Shown here piece after piece: positions 27,802 to 40,050 of a DNA stretch of 64,000 bases. The stretch spans positions 7,254,001 to 7,318,000 of the forward strand of contig CP075497.1 in the NCBI GenBank assembly GCA_021613535.1, written 5' to 3'. The stretch is from Adineta vaga. Lineage: Eukaryota; Animalia; Rotifera. Below the pieces are notes generated by a model. That model was not told the DNA's origin, made no database searches, and saw only the letters and a list, made by a program, of their open reading frames with translations. A program made the translations under genes and the position numbers. Position 1 is the stretch's first letter. Each line of letters starts with the position of its first letter.

Positions 27802-28455
27802 ATGACTGTTATAAGAAATGAAAAAAAATTCGATCGTTTCTGGACAATTACTGCTGGAACTTTCTGTCTATTAGCATTAGTTTTTACACTTATTGCATTA
27901 CGAACATCGTAAGTAAACATCGATAATTATTTGTATGAAACTTACCGATAAAAATCCATTTTTTTCTTCAGAAGTTGGACAATCAATGAATATTCTACGG
28001 GAGGGGAAGTGCAATGGCATGGATTATTCTATAAATGTACACGTTTATCATGTGCAGCAAATTATGATGAAAACTTTTCGGTTATATTCCTTTGCATTAT
28101 GAGTATATTATTTTTACTTATTGCAACTATATTCATCTTTCTTATGGGCATTCATAGTTTTCCTCGTCGACATTTCTATCTAACACCATTATTTGCATTT
28201 ATTGGTGTGTTATTATTATTTATTACAGTTGTTCTTTATGCACGTTATTCAAAAATTAATGGTATTAGTGCACGCTTAATGATTACAGCCATTGTTTTGG
28301 GCTATGCTAGTTTCGCTATCGTCGTTTTTGTAGCTGGAAGATATTCGATTTTTTATAAGAAAAATCCAACAGATTTTCAGTATACAAAAACGGAAACAAA
28401 CGAAATAGTCAAACCAGTCGAAGAAGAACCAACGATGTCGAATGTAGAAAATTGA
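27802..28455 (+). CDS. Claudin/PMP22-family tetraspan membrane protein, 2 exons
   Basis: First TM in exon 1, then W...WHGLFYKC..LSC signature and three further TM helices. Confidence 0.8.
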
Positions 28456-28909
28456 GAACTTTTTCTTTCTGTTTGTAATAATGTTAGGTAAATTTCTTTT
28501 TGTGTATTGTGCAAAAGAAGTGTAAACTAGTCTCTATTGATTCATTATCTTTCTAATAAAATAATCCTGTTTGTATCTATTGTAAATCTTGTTAAACTTT
28601 GTTTTGACATACATGTCAGAGGTCAGAAAGGTGGTTACTTTAAGAGAATATATAATATTGATCGATTTTTAATGAAGGTCAAATTAACTTTATGTTGCTT
28701 GTGAATATTCAATGAGAAAACATAAATTGACATCTTTTTTGTAGTAACACTTTTTGTGAGATTCAAACACTTCTCTTGATATTTATTGTATTCGAAAAAT
28801 TTCATAGAAAAGACGTAGCTTAGACATGAATCGATACGATTAGATATGTAGATATTAAACAAAAGAAAACAGATGCATGAAATGAAAAGCATCAACGTTG
28901 ATCTCACCG

Positions 28910-29667
28910 TTATACATCAGATGCATCAAAGGAATAGGTTCGTTCACTACTTGTTGTACTTTTCGAACGTTGAAAACACTTTCCTCGACTACTCTTGTCT
29001 TCTTCCTCTTTGTCCTCTTCATCATCAGTATCTTCAATATTTAAAATCATTCGTGGTTTTAAGCAATCATTATATGATTCTAATGTTCGATGAATTTCTT
29101 TATCAATAAAAAATAACGTTTCTAAACCATCTTCACTCAATACTCGAAGACGTATTGAACGATCAGATGAAATTCCCGCTAATTGACGAAGTTTAATCTA
29201 TTTAAAATAGATATACAATCATAGTCTTAATCATTCAATTAATCAAAACTGAAAACTTACTAGAAGATTTTCAATAGTCATTGTTTGTTGAATATCACAT
29301 AACTGATTGAAAAATCCGTTATATTGAACAAATAGGCTGATATTGTGTGGTCATTTGTAAATCATCCGATGACGAAGCTTCATCACGAGATTGTAACTTA
29401 AGAAAAGTATCGAATCAATTTATAAAATATTCTTTTTCAAAACTAATTTACTTCTTTCAGTTTGCCTTTCACTTCTTGCAATTCACGTTGTGCTTTTACC
29501 AATTCTTGAACAATAGGATACATTTTCTCTCCCTACAAAATAAAAGAATATCGAAGATCATTCAAGCATTCATCTTCGTATGAAATTTTACTTACATTTT
29601 GCTTTTGATAATCATTGATTAAGATCTTTAACATGCCCTTAAATGTCTTATTTTTTTCACCGTTCAT
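28910..29667 (-). CDS. Coiled-coil protein with a possible ubiquitin-like C-terminal domain; one apparent frameshift near 29345
   Basis: Four spliceable exons (MNGEKNKTF../GEKMYPIVQELVKAQREL../LQSRDEASS..ISLFVQYNGFFNQLCDIQQTMTIENLL/IKLRQLAGI...TLESYN) with an acidic tail. Confidence 0.55.
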
Positions 29668-29952
29668 AATATGAATTGAACTCTGATACTTAATCAAACT
29701 GTTTAGTCTTAAGAAATGTTAACAAAAGAAAAACAGACTTTTTCCGATGTATTCTAAGTTTGAAAAAAAAACGTCGCTTTCCGGTTTGTGTTTTTTCTTT
29801 TATCGTTGCATTTTCTTTTTTCTTTGTTTTTCTATTTACGAAGAGAAATTAGAAAAATCGAGAAAGACGAACATACATATTTTTCTCGTTAGAAAAATAG
29901 AAAACCCTCTATCTTTCACCGGAAAGAAAATTATAGATTTCACAAGAAATTC

Positions 29953-30996
29953 TCATCTGTGTTTTTGTTTTATAATATTGGACATAAACTGATAGTAATT
30001 CCATTTGATATCATATTCCATATCATACCAAAAATTGCAGGCAATCGTTACAGGAGAATCTTGTTCGACACGATGAAACCATAATGATGGTAGATAGAGA
30101 ACTTCGCCAGGTTCAACGGAGACTCTTAATGGATTTAAATATTGCTTTTTTCTCAGTTGATTTTCATCATGATCAAACCATGGAACTTCATTATCATCTG
30201 GAACAATGACAAAATCGTCATCTGATTTTAAATTAAGACCATCATCATCGATAGTCGTTTGTGTTGAATTGTAACGTTCATAATGAGCTTTTTTATAAAA
30301 TTTTTGATCAAGCCAATAAAGATCTGTTGGTGGATACAATGTAAAATGTTTTCGACCTTGTATAACACCATATAGATTTTCATAGGGATCATGATGTAGA
30401 GTAGAAACTGATTTGGATGTACCAATCCAAAGATTAACTGCATCTGGTGGTTGACCTAAAAAATAAAATGATCTAAGTGATTGGCGAAGTAAGATCCGAT
30501 CAAATCAAAACTAACCAAAAGCATCTCGAACCCAATTTAATTCATGGATATCATTATTTAATTGTTGAAATTCTGTCGTAAATGAACTATTTTGATGTTG
30601 ACAATAGACTATACCCTGATAGGATATTTTTCCTTCGATAATATCCATAAAATGATTGAATGGCATTTTTTCTTCTAAAGGTGTAACGAAATATTTGTGT
30701 AATTTTACACTATCTCCATAACCATCAGGAGTAATATCAATAGTAACTGATTGATTACCAAGTTGTTTTCGCAGATAATCAGAATTAGTCCATTTGGATA
30801 ATGCCAACCAATCATTCAGTGCACCTTGAATAATAACTGGTTTATTTCGACTGACATAATCTCGATAGAAAGTAAGAGCTGATGGAACATTGATACGGGA
30901 TATAGAACTTTCTAAGTAAAGTTCGCGAGCTTCTTGAGATAGACATTTGAATGGATAATCATCATTCGACATTGCTTTCAATGAATCATCTAACAT
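29953..30996 (-). CDS. JMJD7: JmjC-domain protein 7 (peptidase/lysyl hydroxylase), 2 exons
   Basis: EARELYL, FYRDYVSRNKPVII, TPDGYGD, QHQNS, HHDPYENLY, PGEVLYLPSLWFHRV, NFWYDMEYDIKWNY. Confidence 0.92.
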
Positions 30997-31146
30997 ATGG
31001 AACACTATTATACACTCTACAATGATTGAAGAAAGATATACCTCTACAATTCAAATATATACAGAGGACGCTTTTGTGCATGACTGAAACACAGTTAATA
31101 TATTTATGAATATTCATTTTTATTTATACAAATATGAACTTTTACA

Positions 31147-32918
31147 TCAGAAATATGCTAAATTAAAGAACTCATTTATTGAATTGTATTGTCGTTTCGA
31201 TGGCAATTGAGATCGACCCATGAATTTTTTTATCTCTTTCGATGGATAAAGCCATGTTTTGAGGTCCTCTTGACGACCCAGGTATTCCAATGCATATGCT
31301 GCTGCTCGTATCATCTTCTCATATGCATATACATTGATATTCTCAATCGAATCACATGCTTTGTGATAGCATGGATCTTGCATGATATCAGGAATACCAC
31401 CTAAACCTTGACCAAGAGTTGCATCATATCGATTTCGTTGTTCCATCGTTTTTTTATCATCTGCACCAGAAAATAACCCACCTGCAACAATACCTTCAGC
31501 TAGAAATGGACCATAATCACTTCGACCAGAGAAATCTGTATAGTCCCATGGAAGATTCTGTTGGATGAACCAATCTTTGAATAGACTTGTAATTCTATGA
31601 CTACCAGGCAGAGCGTGTACTGGTGTGTCATTTCTAGCTGTATGAGCATCATAGATACCAAAGATATAGTTAGGTGATGCGAGCATATCATAATTGAGAT
31701 TGATCAAATAATCAGAGAGACGTTCACCGACGATGGATGAGTTCTTTGCTTGTTTGACGTGATGATCCGAACCGAGAAGACCAATTTCTTCTGCACCCCA
31801 CCAACAAAATCGTACACGATATCTATATTTTGGATAAGATGGTGTACGAAAGAGCCGAGCAAGTGCAACAGCCAAAGCTAGATTAGCTGCGCTACCACTA
31901 CCTATGAGAAAAAAAAATAAAGTTGAGTTTTGTAATTGAATATGGACTTACCATTATCGTTAATGCCAGGGCCTTCTAGTACACTATCACTATGACTACC
32001 AATGATGATGGTTTGAGTGCTATCACCGGTAGGTGTATCAGCACAGATGTTACCTGATAGAAATGGTGAGTCATGACTTTGTTTTATATTCATAAGAATA
32101 CGAACACTGCCTGCTTTACGTTGAGCAGCATCAGCAAGTTTCTGACCAAGTTGAAAAGAAAGAAAAAGTGCTGGTAAAGTATTATTTTCACCAAGTGCAG
32201 TAAAAATAGGTGAACGACGATCATCTGACGTACCATCATTATATATCAGTAAGCCGGTAACTTTATATTTGGTAGCAAGAATACTTTTCTCAACAAATGT
32301 ACAATCACCTCGTTTAACTAATGCTACACGACCAGCAGGTAATGGATTAGCTCTTCGCCAATCATTATCCGAACAACCTAGATTCGGAATAACTGTAAGT
32401 TCAATAGGATTCGTAAATTGTATTGAAGTCGTATATTCTATATAGTAGAATTCAGATATTGATAAATTGTTCGAATAGGTATGATTAGTAGAAGTACCAT
32501 TGATTGATGTTAGTAAAATAGGTGAACGAGCAAGTCGTTTTTGAATGACAGTAAATAAAGTTCTTGTAACCTTGAAATTTGTATTTGCGGTTAGATAATT
32601 TGTGATAAAGTCCAATGTTCTATTAAATCCTACTGTACTGACTGCACGAGTTCCATTGGAGATATTGGCTATACGTTGCAATTCATTCAAATGACTCATC
32701 ACTTCTTCGATTCGTATTGATGATACTAAGATAGAATCAGATAGGTGTTGTCGTTCTTTTAAGTTGTCGATTGATCTTTGATTATTGCTATGTATGCCAT
32801 CGATTTTTTTGTTCACTTTAACAAGAGTAATAATAGACAGAGTAAGAATCACAGCTGCAAGGATGATTCCAATTCCACTAACAAGTATGGTGATTATTTT
32901 CGATGTTTTAATATTCAT
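31147..32918 (-). CDS. Membrane-anchored M28 aminopeptidase with PA domain, copy 1 (2 exons)
   Basis: N-terminal TM, PA domain (ALVKRGDCTF), zinc motifs GSHSDSV..GPGINDNGSG, WGAEEIGLLGS, NYDM, GRSDY, DPCYH..CD. Confidence 0.92.
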
Positions 32919-33562
32919 TTCAGTGTAACTATTTTCCAATTGATCCTCTTCACTGAATAATGTGTTTTCGAGATGAGTGTTATAAAGACAAAAACAGTGC
33001 TGTGTAGATATTTAACATTTACATAGAGAGATCAATCGCAGGTTAATAATCTTTGATATACAATGTTTTTCTTGATCACCGACAAACGAAAAAAAACATA
33101 AAAGGAAAGAAACAGGAATGTGAATGAAAAAAGTCTCGTTTTAAATTAACAAAATATCAAATTGATATAGAGCTAGTCAAAACAATTGATGTGTCTGTAG
33201 TAATCGTGATAAAGATAAATAATAAATTAATAATCTGAAATGCTCACATGACTCATTTATCATTTAGAAATAAAATCTACATGCAGTGATAACTTTCGTG
33301 ATGAATAATATTTCTTATATACAGAAAAGTGTGAAAAATAAAGCATCAACAGATTGTTACGTATGCCTTTGATTGGAAAGTAGTTCTATTGTACTAGTTG
33401 AATTGCTTTCGAAGTAAAGAAAACTCACAACCTTCATCCAAATCAAGTGCTACGCTTATGTATTTTGGAAAAGTGAAAATAAAACGTACACTACAAAAAT
33501 GGAATACAAAATATTTCTTCTTATATTTATACATTCTCATCTTCAACAGAATCAGTATTCAT

Positions 33563-35301
33563 TTATTGCTTTTTATCCAGTGGATAAAGCCATGTTTTGA
33601 GGTCCTCTTGACGACCTAGGTATTCCAATGCATATGCTGCTGCTCTTATCATCTTCTCATATGCATATACATTGATATTCTCAATCGAATCACATGCTTT
33701 GTGATAGCATGGATCTTGCATGATATCAGGAATACCACCTAAACCTTGACCAAGAGTTGCATCATATCGATTTCGTTGTTCCATAGTTTTTTTATCATCT
33801 GCACCGGAAAATAACCCACCTGCAACAATACCTTCAGCTAGAAATGGGACCATAATCACTTAGATCAGTGAAATTTGTGTAGTCCCATGGAAGATTCTGT
33901 TGGATGAACCAATCTCTGAATAGACTTGTAATTCTATGACTACCAGGCAGAGCGTGTACTGGTGTGCCATTTCTAGCTGTATGAGCATCATAGATACCAA
34001 AGATATAGTTAGGTGATGCGAGCATATCATAATTGAGATTGATCAAATAATCAGAGAGACGTTCACCGACGATGGATGAGTTCTTTGCTTGTTTGACGTG
34101 ATGATCCGAACCGAGAAGACCAATTTCTTCTGCACCCCACCAACAAAATCGTACACGATATCTATATTTTGGATAAGATGGTGTACGAAAGAGCCGAGCA
34201 AGTGCAACAGCCAAAGCTAGATTAGCTGCGCTACCACTACCTATGAGGAAACAGAAATAACGTTGAGTTTTGTAATTGAATATGGACTTACCATTATCGT
34301 TAATGCCAGGACCTTCTAGTACACTATCACTATGACTACCAATGATGATGGTTTGAGTGCTATCACCGGTTGGTGTATCAGCACAGATATTTCCTTAGGA
34401 ATTGGAAGAAGATCTTTTACATTAATAATTAATCGTACACTTGCATTTCTTGATGCGCTCTGTGCAGCAGAAACAAGTGCTTCACCAACAGTGGATGATA
34501 AAAAGAGAACAGGTATTGTATTTTCTTGTGAAAGACGTATTCCGATAGGTTGATGACGATCCTCAGTTACTCCGTCATTGTATAGTAGAACGGCTTTTAG
34601 ACTGTATTTTTGGCAAGGTGTACTTTGCTATCAAAGTAACAGAATCCGCGTTTGACGAGCGCTACTCGACCAGCAGTTGATGGATTTGCTTTTCTCCAAT
34701 CATCATCCAAACAGCCATAGTTTGGAATGGCTGCAAGTGGAGTAAATTCAGAAGTATTAATCGATGTTGAATATTTAGCATGATAAAAGTCAGCATCAGA
34801 TATATTACTAGCATACGTATAGTTTTTCATAACATCATCCACCGATGAAATTAGAATCGGATGTTGTGCTAGTGCAAAATTCATCAAAGGAAAGAATGAT
34901 TGTTGTACTTTGAAATTAGTATTTGCAGTAAGATAGTTTCTGATATAATCCAATGTATCGTTAAATCCTAATGTATTGATCGCTCGAGTTCCATTCGAAA
35001 CAGTAGCTATACGTTGTAATTCATTCAGATGACTCATCACCTCTTCAATTCGTATTGATGATGCCAAAATAGTGTCAGACGAGTGTTGTTGTTCTTTAAA
35101 ATTTATCATCGATCTTTGTTTATAATTTTGTATTGCATCAATTTTTTTGTTCACTTTAACAAGGGTAATGATAGAAAGAATGAAAATGAAAGCTGCAAGC
35201 AAAATTCCAATTCCCAGAATAGGAATGATAAATTTGATATATCTAATGCTTTTCCATACTTTACTGTCATCTTCGACTTGAAGAGTATCTAATGATAACA
35301 T
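33563..35301 (-). CDS. Membrane-anchored M28 aminopeptidase with PA domain, copy 2 (frameshifts near 34610 and 33847)
   Basis: Same architecture as copy 1; both frameshifts fall in short homopolymer runs, so either assembly error or recent pseudogenisation. Confidence 0.85.
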
Positions 35302-35994
35302 ATTATGTTTGCGTTTTATGCTGTTTAACAGATTGAAAAATGAAAGATATATACTCTATTGCAAAGGTGATATCTTTATTCGACATTTGCACGAGAAGAT
35401 TAAAACGGAAAAATATTACTTTACAAGATCGTGTCAATTTTCAATATTTTCGTGTAAGTAGCGATCGAGAGTAACAGTAATGAAAGGTTATTAATAAAGT
35501 TCATGTCATTTATTCTAGATAGATCTGTGCAATTATACCAAGAAGTAGGATAATACCCATGATATTCAGTGATGAAGAACTATGACTCATAGTTGTGCAT
35601 TTGATTGTTGAGAACTTGTCCTGCATTGCAACTTAGAGATGAAAATATATATTAAAGTATTGCATTAGTTGATTATTTTTGAATATCTTTTATGTGATCT
35701 CTGCAGTCATTTTTCGAGATCAAATAGTGTAATACAAACTCTACATACGCTGAAATAGATGACCAGCAGATTTAATCAATAGAAAAGAAGAGAAAAAAAG
35801 AACAATACGAATGAACGATTGAGCTTGTCACCTTTGGATTTGTTCGCTGTAAGAAATGAACGACTGATCAAACAAGAGGAAGAGTAAGAGAGAGGGAAAA
35901 AGATAAATACCGTTCTTGAGCAAATAAATCTGCATACAATCTATTCTTTTGTATATATATTTCATGAGTTTGACCTATTCTTGATGAATGGGAG

Positions 35995-36552
35995 ATGACA
36001 AGCAAATGGTTACTATTGATAGTATACTTTTTCAATATTCTTTCATCAATTGAATCTCGTGAATCTTCACTACAATGTTGGAAATGTGAAGTAACTATTC
36101 AATCACTTGAAGAACCAGGTGTATTCATTGATGGTATGTTTTTTCACAAATATAATTAATTTCATTCATATTCCTTTTTAGATTGTCAAGCACAATTTGA
36201 TTTTACTGAACATACATTAGACGATTGCGATGGAAAATGTTGGAAATCTGTTGATTTAATTGATTTGAAACGTATAGGTAATAGTAGTGAAGAACGATTG
36301 AAATTAAAAAACAAAGCATTAGCATCACTTCGATCAAGTCGACGATGTTTTTCTGCTGATGAATTACTTCGTGCGAATGAAATGGGAATTATTACTACGA
36401 ATGGATGTCGGAAATTAAAACGAGAAGCAGATAGATCGAAAGAAATTTGTTTTTGTTCAGATCAAGATATGTGTAATAAAGTCATGAAAGTAACAAATCA
36501 TTTGTATATTCAATGTATATCTATTATAGTTTTCGGCTTATTCTTATTGTAA
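35995..36552 (+). CDS. Ly6/three-finger (quiver/sleepless-like) secreted, probably GPI-anchored protein, 2 exons
   Basis: Signal peptide, LQCWKC, C...CWK, RRC, GC, CFCSDQDMCN, hydrophobic C-terminus. Confidence 0.8.
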
Positions 36553-37759
36553 AATAACCTTTTTTTATTGATTAAACTCACATTATGAAGATATTCATAG
36601 AAAATATTGTTGTTGATCTACTTTAACGAGTGCAATGGTATACATTTTGATTTGATTTTCGTTAACAAATACAATTCGACTTTCTTTTGTATTTTCTTCT
36701 GTGAAATTTTCCGCTCTCAGCATTCAATTGAGAGAAGTACGTTACTGGTCATGTGATAAGAACTAGGAAGAAAAATGATGGCTCTATAGAAATATTTTCA
36801 CGTTTACTAGTGTAAGAGGAATAAAAAACTATCATTATGATAATATTGAAAATTTCACCAATCAAAAAAAGAAGAATATACCAAGTATGATAGAATTTTC
36901 CGAAACTGACGCCTTAACGACTATATAAATAGTCTGTTCTGCATTGATGTGAATCTAAACAACGAAAATACATTTAACAAATTGACATATCTCAGTAAGT
37001 TAATTATAAGAAGTCGTATTCAGAAAATTGAGTTCCCTATTTTGCTTTTAGTTCAACATTTTGCTACGATGTCACAACGGCCCGTAACTAATTTTAGCCG
37101 GTGTACTTGATACTGCTTTACCAGTTCTGAGAACTGTTTCAATGGTTGAAGATGGAATAGTACAAGCAGTTACTGTCCAGAAGAGTTTAGTACGATTTAA
37201 ATATATTAAAAAAATAATAACATTTTTCACGAATTGAGAAAATGAATATACGATGTATTTGTTATCCATTTTTTTGAATTTGTTTTATCATTTGAAATAA
37301 AAGCACATTTATTCAAGAACATTTCGGCATCTACATATTTTTCGAGAAAATATGAGTCTAAGTTGTAAGTTAAGAAGTATGAGGCTAGGTTCGGTACCGG
37401 TGACAGGGTAAAGATAGCCGCAGAGAAGTCGCGTTGAAAACGCCTTTTTTGAAAATACCACTTTGAATTCGTTATTTTATGTTCTCATTCATATTAATAA
37501 ATGAAATTTTTTTTGCCAATTCTGTTTATTTTAATTCTCTAATACGAATCGAAAGTTATTTTCATCGATTCTATAGAATGAAAAAACAGTGTTTGTTAGC
37601 GAACTTGTTTGATAAGATCAAGCAATACTACCGTGTGGTGCCCTCTTCGTACTTAATTCTGTTTAGCTAGTCTGGTATGTTGACGAATCACTTGAAATGC
37701 TTTTCTTTTTCATTTATTATTTCTTTTTAGACTTCGTACTTTTTTTTTGTAAGAACAAA

Positions 37760-39596
37760 ATGTCGTTGGTACTTTTTTTCGTTTTTATCTCACTACCTTC
37801 GATTTTTGCTGAATCTCGTCTATTCGGACCTGGTCTTAGAGCTTCATTTCAAGTACCTGTTCGTTATTTTTACTTACAAACATATGACACAAAAGGACAA
37901 AAGTATGATATCAATGAAAACTTTTCCATTACACGAATATCATATTATATATTTCTTAGATTTAATCATTCGACTCAATCAATCGATCGAATTGAATTTC
38001 ATCTTACACGTGTTTCTGATCAATTGTCTGTACATAGTTATCGTAAAGTTGATGATCTCAATGATGGTACATATTTATTTCGATATCGTCTCTATGAATC
38101 TGTAAGAGATCTTCAATTGTTCATTCGATTCGGTAATGAAGATATCGAACATATCATTAAAGGTTATATCTATTCGGATGGTTGTTATTGTCCAGAGACA
38201 AATGTAACACAATGGTTCGATTCCTTAGAATGTTCAGAATCATCATCTCAATTAAGAGAAAATATGAAATTCTTTGAACAAATTGATATGAAACAAGTTT
38301 TGGAAAAAGCTAAGATGAAATATTTTCAACATCCGAAAACTTATGCACTTTGTCATTATGTGATTAAAAATAACAAAGTAAATATTAAAAAAAAAACTAT
38401 ATAAAGCAAGAAACAAATTAAAAAAATATTTTCCTTTCTTTGTATAAAATAGATTTATCAGAAATGTTATGGGGAACATACTGGATTTAAAATGTTTTCG
38501 AATGCGATCTTATTATCATTATCTCGAAAAGTAATGTGTGATAAATAATTTCTTAAAAATAAAGATAAAGTTTCTTTGTTTTTTCTAGGTTATATTACCC
38601 GATGTAGAATTTCTTATGAATTTAGGTGATTATCCATTGAGTAGTAGTGATGATCCATTACCAATTATATCTTGGTGTGGATCAGAACAAACACGTGATA
38701 TTATTATTCCAACATATGAGATAACAGAAGCTACACTTCAAATGTTATCCAGAACTACACTTGATATATTTGCGATGCGTACGAAACGTCATTTATCCTG
38801 GACAAAAAAGATTTCCAAAGGATTTTTCCGTGGTCGTGACAGTTGTCGTGTAAGTTTATCTGATTTCTTATCTTTCTTAATTAGGATTTTTTATTTCTAG
38901 GAACGTCTTGATCTTGTTCGTCTTTCTCGAAAACATCCCAATTTGATTGATGCTAATCTCACACGTATGTTTTTCTTTCGTGATCAAATAGCAGAATTCG
39001 AACCATTTGCTGAATATGTTCCAATGCCAAAATTTTTCGATTATAAATATCAAATATCTTTGGATGGAACAGTAGCTTCATATCGATTACCTTATCTCTT
39101 AGCTGGTGATAGTTTAATCTTCAAACAAGATAGCCCGTACTATGAACACTTTTATCGAGATCTTATTCCAAATACGCATTATATACCAATCAAAAAAGAT
39201 CTCTCAGATTTAATTGAAAAACTTCAATGGGCAAAAACACATGATTCTGAAGTAAGAATTATAATCAAGAAAATCTTTATCAAATTGATATTTATTTTCC
39301 ATTTATCATAAGGCTCAAACAATTATTCAACACGCACAACGGTTTACTCAAAGAAATCTTCTTCCTAATCATATTCTTTGTTATCATGTACAAGTTTTAC
39401 AAGAATATGCTAAACGTTTAACATCATCTGTTGAAATTCATTCCGATATGGAATTAATTAAACATGAAATAGATGAAAGTCATATTAAAAAAGATAATTG
39501 TCTTTGTCATCGCGTAGAGGTAACATGAACGGAAATTCAATTGATTTTTATTTCATATTTTTCTCAATTTAGAATCTCAAACATATCGATCTGTGA
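37760..39596 (+). CDS. POGLUT2: Protein O-glucosyltransferase 2/3 (KDELC, GT90/CAP10)
   Basis: FGPGL....VPVRYFYLQ filamin-like domain, NLGDYP, SWCGS...DIIIPTY, FFRGRDS, YKYQISLDGTVASYRLPYLL, C-terminal ER-retention HIDL*. Confidence 0.9.
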
Positions 39597-39684
39597 TATA
39601 TAAATATATTCTTCCTTTAAATGATCTAATTTATGAATTTGAGAATGATCTTTTTTTGTACTTTGTAATTTTTCGTTTTTCTAG

Positions 39685-40050
39685 ATGAATACGACTACAG
39701 GTTATGGCACTCGTGCACCAGCGACTGTTTATGCATGTTTAATAAAAAATAATAGTGATGCTGAAGTTACTATTCAAGTAGAATTTACTGGTTTTGCAGA
39801 TCATCATCATGAAATCGTTGATATTGAATTAGCTAAAGGTGAAGAACAAGTAATCGATGCGAAAGAATTTGAACATGGAGAACATCAGACAAAATATCAG
39901 AAGGGAGTTGATTTAATTCGTGTAAGAAAATATGATGGAACGACAATGGAATTGAAGAAACCATTTGATGGAGTTGTTTCACCAAAAAAGAAATGGATTT
40001 TTGAAATAGATAATAATGCAATTAAATCTGTTGATCCAGAAAAACAATAA
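39685..40050 (+). CDS. Uncharacterised 121 aa, probably beta-rich protein
   Basis: Clean single-exon ORF with alternating hydrophobic/polar strand pattern; ATG directly follows a polypyrimidine-CTAG acceptor. Confidence 0.7.
   Translation: MNTTTGYGTRAPATVYACLIKNNSDAEVTIQVEFTGFADHHHEIVDIELAKGEEQVIDAKEFEHGEHQTKYQKGVDLIRVRKYDGTTMELKKPFDGVVSPKKKWIFEIDNNAIKSVDPEKQ

Noticed and set aside
33563-35301. Calling M28 copy 2 a pseudogene
   Set aside because: The indels lie in homopolymers, and similar errors affect AFG3L2; unresolved without reads.
37068-37236. Small coding-like segment (MSQRPV/LILAGVLDTALPV...)
   Set aside because: It needs an indel correction, is short and has no recognisable motif.
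37381-37445. RFGTGDRVKI resemblance to a Polinton integrase C-terminal motif
   Set aside because: Only ~10 residues, followed by stops; likely chance.
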